64,000 bases of DNA from Spongospora subterranea f. sp. subterranea (Eukaryota). This document shows, piece after piece, positions 49,453-64,000 of the stretch (positions are counted from its first letter, which is position 1; every line of letters starts with the position of its first letter). Below the pieces are notes generated by a model, which worked only from the letters and a program-made list of their open reading frames with translations, made no database searches and had not been told where the DNA came from. Both the position numbers and the translations under genes were made by a program. The DNA lies in contig JAUGWO010000091.1 of assembly GCA_049724395.1 (NCBI GenBank), forward strand, positions 1 through 64,000, read 5' to 3'.

Positions 49453-49959
49453 TCAGAACTCTATCCATTACATTGACCTTTTCTATAACAAAAACACGAT
49501 AGGGCTTGGAGCTGTGTTGAGGAAGCTAGTAGCTTCAGTTCATGATTATATCGCTGAGTGCAGCGAACTCAAACAGATAGTTTCGATATTCGTGGCCACG
49601 CTTACGTTAGCAAATCAAGGTGAGAAATGGTGATCTTGCACAGCGATGACTGTTAACGAGTGATAACGCCATGTTAAAAGTACCACAGTTGATTAAGCAA
49701 TATTGGCCAGATGAATTATCTCTGCAAAAATTGGCATGATCATGACCTACGATCGGTTAATCTGTTCTCCGGTTCAATTCACATTGGAAATCGGGTCGTT
49801 CTTTGATCTCAGTCGCAGTTCAACTGGCAAATCATGACCTGACTGTAGGTAACAGCATTCACTGCCATTTTTCAACTTCTATCTGGAGTCCTTTCTTCAT
49901 TCTCGTTATTTCACATGTCTGGTCTGCATTGTGAATTTGAATTCCTGGTTTTCACCTCA

Positions 49960-51105
49960 ATGGAGCGCGCCAAGGGCCATGCGGCAAAAACTTCGTACTG
50001 CCCAGTTCGAACGACCCCCTTAAACAAGCGCATGCGGTTAGTTGATGGATACGACGGGCATGATATGCAGTGCCGAAGTAAGCCCAACATGGAGCCAGCA
50101 CGTAGTCATAAAACAGCTATACCTTCGTTTAGTTCCAGCAGCAAAAAACTTACCACATCTCAACTAGCGACTATACCTTCAGTAGAAGTCGATTTTATTT
50201 TCCACGTTTGCTCTGTCAGACAGTTTCTTTGAAACCGGAGTTGAGTTAACATGTTGTGTTTAGGTCTTTCAACAATCGGCTCCGACAAAGTACAATGCTC
50301 TTGCTTTGTTCAGAGCTTTAGAGTTGTAAGTCTGTCCATACAAAACTCAACCTTAAATGAACGGCCACATCAGTCATCGCAACAAACAGAAATATAATCC
50401 GGAACCTCATCCGGAAAGGAACCTTTGCATTTTTGTGGCAATCATCATTTCGAGTAAAGTAATCTTCATGCATTCATCGTCTGTTCCAGTCTGATCTCTA
50501 CAGTATTTCGAAAGCAAACCATATAAATTGGATTTTCATACCGTGGTCGAAACTTATTCATTGAAGAAAAGCACAATTTTCACGACCAAGGAGATGGCCA
50601 AGGCGGAATGGTTCTGTTTGAAGGCGTTGTGCTTCAATATCGACTTCAGACGGGAGTCGCCCTACTTCTGGGGTGCGTCGGTTGTATCAGATATAGGGCT
50701 TCCTTCTAAAGCTACAGCTCAGGTTAGAATCAATATGCAATTGAAAATGCACTCTGCCTTACTTGGGAGGCAAAAAGGTTTGCAGCTACTTCGACACGTT
50801 GCTTAGCCTATCATATATCAGTGATTCCGATATCGATGCTTCGAACTGTCAATTCTTAGATGCTGTGGTAGGTTCGTTTTTCGGTCAACCATGCCGCTTA
50901 AACACAATCATTGTAGATGCTGTCAAACTCTCTTTGGATTTTCCAACATTCGCCATCGGAGAAGCATAACATGCAACCGTTCGCTCCTAAAGTAAGCAAT
51001 ATCATGCAGACGCTATCAAAAACTTGTCAAATATCGATCAAAGAGCTCGAACGAACCGCTCGCGAAGAGCTCAATCATCAGCTGTTGAGTATCAACAAGC
51101 AATAA
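49960..51105 (+). CDS. Divergent cyclin-fold protein (possibly CNTD1-like)
   Basis: Cyclin-box signatures VAIIISSK/YFE and TTKEMAKAEWFCLKALCFNI....P across short-intron exons. Confidence 0.65.
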
Positions 51106-51524
51106 AAAAACAGGATTTTATTGGCAGACATGATTTGAAGCTTTGCGAAAACATCGCAGGTGAATGACACCAATCGCGATTACTGCTAATGTGCATAATT
51201 GACCTTGATTTGACAAACAGCTACAGCGCAATTCGAAAATCGATGCTGTTTCAAACCCCGATGAAGCGATGAGTTAATCGCGGTACGAGTTACCGCGGAA
51301 GCCATTAACCCAATTAAGTGGTTTCCTCCTCTATCAGTGTCTCCTCCATGAGAGCTCCTTCTCACAACACACCTGTCCATCATTATTTCTGGCAGAGTCA
51401 ACGTACTGGCGAATGTGTTGTACTGACACACATGTTTCATTGGATGCGGCCTCCGCCTCTCTGTTTAACACAACTGTTACAGATCACACTCACATTATTG
51501 TGTCATTGTTATTCTATTGTTGAT

Positions 51525-52971
51525 ATGAACATCATCTATGTAGTATTATCTGTCTGTTTGGCTTTCCTCATTCGTGAAGCGTCGTCGTCTGGCGTCGCAA
51601 ATAACTGGGCAGTGCTGGTGCGTACTTTTGAGGAATGCGTATAGCAGCAGACGGTTTGACACTACGTCTACGCAGGTCGACACCTCCCCGATATTACTTC
51701 AATTATCGACATGTCGCTGACACTCTCAGCTTCTACCATACCGTGAAGTCTGCTGGGATCCCCGATTCTCAGATCATACTCATGCTTGCTGATGATATGG
51801 CTTGCAATCCGCGTAATGCGTTGCCAGCTCAGATGTTTAATAATCGGGAACATGACATCGATCTTTATGGAGAGGTCTTGGCCTGAAACTCAGTGTTTTA
51901 CAATTTCTGAAATTGCTTTTGCAAAGGACGTTGAGGTGGACTATAGAGGAACCGATGTCACCGTTGAAAATTTTATCAGGGTATTGACGAATCGCCATAG
52001 TAAAGGCACAGCGAAATCCAAACGCTTGCTTACAGTAATTGTCAAAAATTTGTTGTCAGGTAGAACCTAACTATAGCTGATCTACTTAGGACGAATCCAG
52101 TAACATTCTAATTTTTATGGCCGGTCACGGTGGTGATGAATTTTTAAAGTAAGGCACATCAATAGGACGTTCGGAATTCATTAACATTCGATGGTCAGGT
52201 TCCAAGATCAAGAAGTAAACTGATTGTTCTGTACCTCTGAAAATATATTAATGTCGTTAACTCGTCTTAGGAAATTACCAGTCAAGATATATCGGATGCA
52301 TTCGACCAAATGGCCGTACAAAAGCGATTCAATGAGATACTTTTCATTGTTGATACGTGCCAGGCGTCCACTCTTTACAACCGATTCAAAACAAAGAATG
52401 TTGTTTCAATGGGAAGCAGCAGCAAAGGTGAAAATTCATATTCGCACCACAGCGATCCGAATCTCGGCGTGAGCGTGATCGATCGGTTCACTTTTCATGC
52501 GTTGGAGTTCCTGGAAAATAAATTGTCCAAAACAAATTTTCACTCATCAAAAACTTCATTGCCAACACTGCAAGACTTTGTATGTACACGTACTTGTCTT
52601 ATACAGTTTCTGATTTCTATTGCTCATAGACAGATCATTTTTCGTATTCAAAATTACGATCAAATCACAGAATTAGAGACGATTTAATGGAAAGGAATTT
52701 ATCTTCTATTTTGATAACAGACTTTTTCTCTGCCGTTACAAAAATCGAGCCGACTTTGTACGCATATCCTATCCGGTCTCAAAAGGATTCTGGAAAGAAG
52801 GCTCCAACGATGAAGTCGTTGTTGCTCACCGACGAATCTACATCCAAACAAGAGACGCACCCTGCCGCAGGATCGGAGCCCAAAAAAGTGTCATCCTCAT
52901 TTGTATCTGCAATTTTCCTGGCCGCTTTAACATTTTCGATAGCATGGGATCGCCTATCATTAAATCGCTAA
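51525..52971 (+). CDS. GPI8: GPI-anchor transamidase catalytic subunit
   Basis: Signal peptide, [70 protein letters not shown]-terminal TM. Confidence 0.96.
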
Positions 52972-53015
52972 TATTTGGGACACTCAATGTGTATTCGGCT
53001 ATAGGGATGTGGCAG

Positions 53016-53696
53016 TTAGAAAGAGAAATCTTTGATTAGGTTCTTATACGACTCAATTCGAGACGACACTGATAGATCCATACTTTTGTCGCCCATATTA
53101 ACGATAAGCCCTCCTAGAATCTCGGGTTTTACCTTTTTTTCCACTTCTAACCGCTGACCTTTTTTCAAATATTTCGAAAGAGCAGCTTCCAGAGCTTTGG
53201 CTTCACTTGCAGACATCTCTGTAGCGGTTGTCACAACAGCTCTAACCTTGCCGGAATAAGCATCAATTATTTCCTGAAAACTTGATACTATAGTGCCTAA
53301 ATCAGGAAGGCGCCCGTTCTCGGCTAGAACACCTAAAAAATCTTGAGGTAACCGGGTTGGTATTTTTACTGAACATTGCTCCAACTTTCTGTTTCTTTTC
53401 GTCTTTACCAATGGTGGGATCCTGTGAAGCACAATTACGCAAAGCAAATCGAAAATGTAAGGGCTACATGCCTTAAGAAAATCCCCAAACGATTCATTGG
53501 ATTTTGAGAGCTGGATGATAGTGGTAAGCTCAGCATTTACTGCTTCAACCGCTTTCTCCTCAGCAGCAGCGTTGTACAAAGCGTGAGCATAACGGCCCCC
53601 GACACCGAACAGCTGGATTGGGGGCCCTGCGGTTGGACCCGACGAGGCCGACCCAGTTAGCAATCGACGGAAACCACCCAACCGACAAAGCGCCAT
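53016..53696 (-). CDS. ATP5PO: Mitochondrial ATP synthase OSCP subunit
   Basis: PPIQLFGVGGRYAHALY, VLAENGRL, VTTA, VKPEILGGLIVNMGDKSMDLS. One intron at ~53423-53472. Confidence 0.95.
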   Translation of the reverse strand: MALCRLGGFRRLLTGSASSGPTAGPPIQLFGVGGRYAHALYNAAAEEKAVEAVNAELTTIIQLSKSNESFGDFLKACSPYIFDLLCVIVLHRIPPLVKTKRNRKLEQCSVKIPTRLPQDFLGVLAENGRLPDLGTIVSSFQEIIDAYSGKVRAVVTTATEMSASEAKALEAALSKYLKKGQRLEVEKKVKPEILGGLIVNMGDKSMDLSVSSRIESYKNLIKDFSF

Positions 53697-53941
53697 ACTC
53701 AGTTGGCCAATTTGAAAATTGTGTACCCTCTGGGCTGTTCTGTCTGTTGCGCGCCGCCACATACACAGTAAGCGACTGACTGCAACCTGGCGCAGAGACG
53801 ACGGATATCTCAACTTGAAATGATCAGTTCCTGAAATTTCACGCACCGGACCTTGATTGTTCCTATGTTCGATTTCTAACATATATTACCATAATCGTTC
53901 CTGATCTTTGTGAGATCGTAGAGATTTAGACAATGATTGTA

Positions 53942-56900
53942 TTAGTTCGACTTTGGATGTGAGACAAGGCCAACCTTGTCGCCGTTGTTTTCGCGAGCCT
54001 CTGTGTCAACATATGCCTAAACATTCTTCTGTTCAAGTTCTCAAATGGACATATCATCAACTGAGGCATACTATTTTGTCAATAACGATAGCGTCGATTC
54101 CGAATCTATGCGAGAGTTCGATGTTGCTAATCTCATTATTCGCAGAACTCCAGGTGGCCAACACCAATCCAGCTGCTTTCACAGTGGTGATAATCTTTGG
54201 TGACTTTAACAATGGATCAGCGTAGGAAACAATCCCGACAAGGTTTTGCCTTTTGGCAAAACGGATAGCCTCCCTAATGGATTGGCCTAGTGATACTTCA
54301 TCAAACACCCAAAATGTCTTCTCAATCAAGGTCTGTACCTCGGGGATCCCAGCAAGGAGACGCTCCTGCTTCGGTTAAAAAGAAGACTGGATATGATGGC
54401 TGCTTTAAACAAGCTAACGTGCAAATGTCTGGATCGAACGATGAAAACATGATGCGTCTGCTACCAGCATGTTCGAAAACACTCTGCACCAGAATTACGA
54501 TAGTTTCAAACACAAGACCAAACGTACCTTCAACACTGCGTCGACGTAATCGTTCCTAATGAAGAGAAACACTGAGACATCCACAAACAGAACAATGAGC
54601 ATGTACCTTGAAGGAAATTTGAAACCGGTTTCAGCCCGAGTGATCTCCGGAGGGTATTTCAACTCGACATTGAATCCGACGTGTGCAGGTACCCTGAAAA
54701 ATCAGGTTGAAAACAACTCAACATGGATATCTCAAAAAAGCAACACCTACTGCTTGAAACAGTCAATAAGGAGTGGATATTTGTCGCGAATTTCATTAGC
54801 GATGGAGTGCGGGTCTAAACTCATTTTACGCCGCTACAACCACAGTCAGAAATGGAAATGAAATGAAATTTTTCATCACCTGATGGTGCAAATCGACATC
54901 GTCTAATGTTCTCTTTGGCTTATCACTTGCTAACGATCGTAACTCTAGAAACTCTTTCAACGTTATTGCTGAAACCGGTATAGGAGGGATCTAATTATTG
55001 ATAAGGGAATGCAACTGGGGCTTTGGAAGAAAGTTCCTACCCCATGAAGTCTTGGAAGATGGAAAGCCCAATCGTGATAGATGATAGGTACGAAGTCTTT
55101 GGTCAGTTGAACGTCGAACCTAAAACACACGATAAATCGAATTGTGCTGGATAACCCTAGGGTGACACTGACTCAATATATTCTGCACCTAGAGCAGCCG
55201 CCGTGACAAAACTCAAAATCGTATTTTCTTGCGTTCTTAGCCTAAAAATTACAGGTTCAAAAAATGTGCATGCTCAACTAGACGGGAGCTACATATGCTG
55301 TGGTTGCTTTGACAAATATCGTGTAGCCCCAGCGCCACGATGACCAATCAATTTGGTCGACTTGCTGAAACAGCGACACAATACTGTCTTCATATTCTGA
55401 TGGATAAAAGGGCGGGCAAGTAAGTATTCGAAGCTATTCATAGATTAACAATGGCAAGCGGCACTGAGGATATGCGGAATACTGGCACTCCCCGATTGGG
55501 CTTTGTGTAAGAGAGCTCATCAGAGGAATCGTGGAAAATCCCTGTGACAATGTTTCAATATCCAAAACATAAGTTGCCAAGTAATCGAACCTCCATTTCC
55601 CGCAACAAAGAGCTTGACATGACATGACCGGTACCGACACGAAAGCCTTTTCCACAAAAAACGTCAAACACAATGCTGAACTCTGGAAGTTTTCCGTCCT
55701 CATAGCGACGAAGCTGTCATCGTATCAGCGACCGCTCATGAAAAGCAGAAAACACGCGAACCTGGAACTTGATGGTTTCTAACTGATCATGCATCGGCAA
55801 CGGCACCTGGCGCTTTATCTTTCTTGAATTGGCGATATACCCAATTTCGATTAAATCCGGCTTCACATCATATTCAGTTCATCGACACGAACCATGAAAA
55901 AAATAGCACTCACAGTTTCGGGCCCAAAAAGCCTAATGCACGGATTCTTATCCAGCTGAGTGACATGCCCAAGCCTAATATGAAGTTGAAAGTCTTCAAC
56001 AAGCCAACCTTGGCTTGTCCAATTTTCGCCATCATGGTATCCGAATACGCCATCATCGATGATGTTGACGTCATGTGTCATCGGTCCTATCTAAGTTGCG
56101 TCAGTTTCATAGCGTTTTGTGCTAATAAAATCGACATACGACGCGATTACTCGGAAGGGTTTCCCAAACTTCAAGAACGTTTTGGTACATGATCAGATAC
56201 TATGGGTACGACTATAAAGCAGTGCAAACAAGGAATGTTCTTGGAAGTTGCAGTTGTACCTTATATTCAATCACATTACCAATTGGTTGTACAATGGTGA
56301 TCGTCCAAGTCGACAACGCGTCTTCTGTGGAATCCATCACGTCTGGCGGAGCACCAACATTAACGGCGGCGATGTCTTCAACCATGCTGACGGCGTACGC
56401 AGGATCCCAGGAGCTGCTCATGACGCGATCAGAAATTAACGTACGAAAACCCAGTGAACAACGTGAATTACCCAAATTCCGAAATATTCCCGCAGATGCA
56501 TCTGCGAAAATCGAGTTAGACAAAAGTGTGAAAGAGGTAGCTGATCACTAACACATAGCGATCGGAGTGAACACGCGCACGCACACGAAAAGTTAGCTTT
56601 AGATTGAAAATGGATTATGGCCGGATCGGTGACGAAGAAATAAGCAACTTACCTTGGCATAGCCCTCAGCGTGAGATGGTGATTTCGGTGCCACTGCTCT
56701 ATTTCCCGGAACAGAGCGGCCGTCGTCGTTCACGAAAATATGTTCTTCCTCTTTAGCTTCCTATGGAAAACCGTTACGTTTTGACACTATTGCGGGTATT
56801 GATGGCTTGCCTCATAGTGAACCGATAATTGACGTTTATCTGACGAATAGATATCGTTGTCCAAGTCCGGAGCAACGATGGAATCGGCAGGTGGGGTTGG

Positions 56901-58947
56901 AAATAAATCGGACAACGATAGGAAACCGCAATACAATGCATAATCTCGGGGAGTCCAGCCTAGCCTATCAAGAGGTTCTGGATCGCATGATTCGCTGAGC
57001 AACACCTATCAGTGGATATGAGGAAATCTGGCAATCGCAGTCGAATTATTAAAATCGTACGCGGACGCATTCCGAATGCCCATAGTAGGCGGCAGAATGT
57101 AACGGCGTCAGCCCTTCAACATCAGCGGCCGTAGAGATTGCCAGCACAGATTCTGACGCATTTCTTCCCTTCCCGTTGGATACGGCAACAATCAGCATCT
57201 TTAAGGTGTCAACGAACCCACGACGGGCTGCTTCGTGTATCGGAGATCTCCCGATGACGTCGTACGAGTCGATTTTAGCGCCGCAGCGCACCAATGCCTG
57301 GACACAGTTCATATGTCCAAATCTGATCGGATGGAAGGGCTGATTAGGAACCACGAGAGCAATGCATTTTGTAAAAGCGCGACCTGGATGCCAAATGAAG
57401 GGGCACCTGCCCATACCAATTGAACGCATCAACGCGAGCACCTGCTTCCAATAGCAGCACGGCAACATCGAGGTTCCCTTGACGAGCGGCCAACGCCAGT
57501 GGAGTGTTTCTAGAATGAAAACATACGTGAATTCAAGTCGAGAGCCAAGCATGGGTGATCACCCTTCCATATCCCGAACATTGATTTTGGCATCCGCTTC
57601 GATCAAGGCACTGGCAATGCTGGAAAAATTAAGAAGAGCAGCATAATGGAGTGGGCAATGAAGCTCAACATCTTTGACGTTGAGTCCGCTCTGGAGAATG
57701 CTCAATGTCGGACATGGACTTTTCATGGACAACATGCCTGGGCTTCGATTAGTATTTGGGTGCATCCTAGTGATCCTGCAATGACAGCGACATGAAGAGC
57801 GGATCTGTCAAAGCGCGTCACCGTTGAGATCGAGGCACCGTGCTTGAGCAACGCCGAAACTACCAATGTCAGGCCACGTTGACCTGATTGACCAATAAAA
57901 TACGACTGCTAATGACATGGGAGCAATGTCGTACAAGCAAGGGTCAATAGACTATTTCCTTCCGCATCAAGTGCATCAATGTCTTTCACCAGAGGGATCA
58001 GCTCCAGCGTTGCTTCAATAGCGTCGCCCTCAATGCCGTGTGAAATCATGTAATGAATGTCTGTTGACGGCGGTAATGCGCTCGTAAGGTTGACGCCATC
58101 AGAATCAGAACGGATCGATAACTGTTGAGCGAACAGATTCTTCACAAGACCGCACAGCAAAGCAATGAAGCAGGCGTACAGAGTTCAACAAGTTCTCAAG
58201 AACATTTGAGTGCGGAAGATCGATCGATCGAAGAGACGCTCTCTGTTCTTGGCACCATTTTAGCAATGCATCAAGGCGAGTGCAGTCATCTAGCACTGAC
58301 ACCATTGTTTGCAATGTGCGAACGACTTCCCCTCCTGGGTTTCATCTTAGCGAAAGGTGCAAGTATTAGACTACGCCTTACCTGGGCACTGTTTGTCGAA
58401 TTTTTTGGCAATCTTACCGAACCCGATTTGATTCAGATCACAGAACTCACGAATATGATTCAGTTCCTAATTAACGAATTGAGGCGCCTGTAATGGTTGT
58501 ATCGCCACCGGCTTACTTGTTCACAGACGCTCAAAGCTTGCTCTAACGATATAGCAGACGCCGTTCTCGCTGATTTGGACAGAGAATCGAGTTCTTGCAC
58601 CCGATTTCCGATAACTTTCTTTCTGACATCCATTTGCTGGAGTTTGGCAACCAAAAAGGATTCCACTAATAGAACCCTCAGTTTCCATCTGAAAACGCAA
58701 TGCTTGGACAGCAACCTTTTTTCCTCTCGCTTTTGATTCGCTCAATAAACATTTGAATCTAAAAATGGGTAATTATTAGCGTTGTTAGTCAACTCACAAT
58801 GGAGAAGATGAACCTGTTTCGGCGTTGGATGATCGGAACCGTCCTTGATCATTTGAAGACGAGTCGTTTTGATCATCGCTTTCAAAGAAGAGTACGCTAT
58901 GTATCGATTCGTCCTAGGGAAATCCAAGATCAACTAGCGAACTGCAT
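53942..58947 (-). CDS. SPX-ankyrin-glycerophosphodiester phosphodiesterase (GDE1-like)
   Basis: N-terminal SPX (MQFAS...[12 protein letters not shown]), several ankyrin repeats (CPLHYAA, SPIHEAA, TPLHSAA), GDPD domain ([55 protein letters not shown]). Ends approximate. Confidence 0.9.
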
Positions 58948-59346
58948 TGCAGAAACCCACTCCCGAAAACAAAATAACAAGTCATTTTATGAACATCGGC
59001 AACAAACAAGTTTTCCTGATCACCATTTCGGCAGACGAGTTGTCCGTAGCTTGTGACCGAATTTCATCGATCAACTCGTCGTTGGCGATCTAGCGCTGTT
59101 GAGCGCCGCTCTGCCACAACCTCTATGGATATTGATATGAATGGAGAGACAGCAATATATAACACGTTTCTTCGCCCAATGGTTGGTTGGCTGCGACATT
59201 TTCACACCGTCCGGCCTGTGTATACACCCTTTTTTGATTCCCGGACAATGCGCATGGTATCAAGGCTTCGATAAAGGCTAAGTAAGCATTTGCTTTCCTG
59301 TAAACAGCGAGCACCATACTGGTAATTGGAAAATGCAGTAAATATA

Positions 59347-64000
<4,654 letters not shown>

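Noticed and set aside
51186..51460. Small hairpins and C/D-like boxes as a snoRNA, or an 84-aa ORF
   Set aside because: Box C is imperfect, no U3 motifs or guide recognised, and the ORF is featureless.
53697..53882. Long N-terminal extension of OSCP in the ORF track
   Set aside because: The ATG at 53696 already gives a typical mitochondrial presequence. The upstream open frame is probably incidental.

Overview
This is gene-dense nuclear DNA of a flagellated microbial eukaryote, with roughly 45-65 nt GT-AG introns, very short intergenic spacers and an axonemal dynein gene. A phytomyxid-like protist is plausible but cannot be proven from sequence alone. The window has two parts. (1) A transposon island at ~2.2-14.4 kb holds three PIF/Harbinger-superfamily lineages (two HARBI1-type, one Pong-type) and a 5'-truncated chromodomain Ty3/gypsy element. 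It is unusually rich in fold-back inverted duplications: four long hairpins with arms of about 150-510 bp, a 64-bp palindrome and a 3.9-kb composite bounded by inverted Pong ends. These may form a hairpin-RNA transposon-silencing locus, or partly reflect assembly artefacts. (2) A housekeeping region from ~14.9 kb to 64 kb, with no recognisable TEs, contains an SLC49-like MFS transporter, a candidate RNase MRP RNA, a GRF-zinc-finger SMARCAL1-like helicase, RanBP9/10, a DNAH6-like dynein heavy chain, tRNA-Glu(UUC), MDH, PES1, a MIF4G protein, a DNAJC11-like protein, mS38, a cyclin-fold protein, GPI8, OSCP, a GDE1-like gene and a BEACH-WD40 gene. Single-base frameshifts in conserved genes look like consensus errors. 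Spans of intron-containing genes are approximate, and all family calls come from motif recognition, not database searches.
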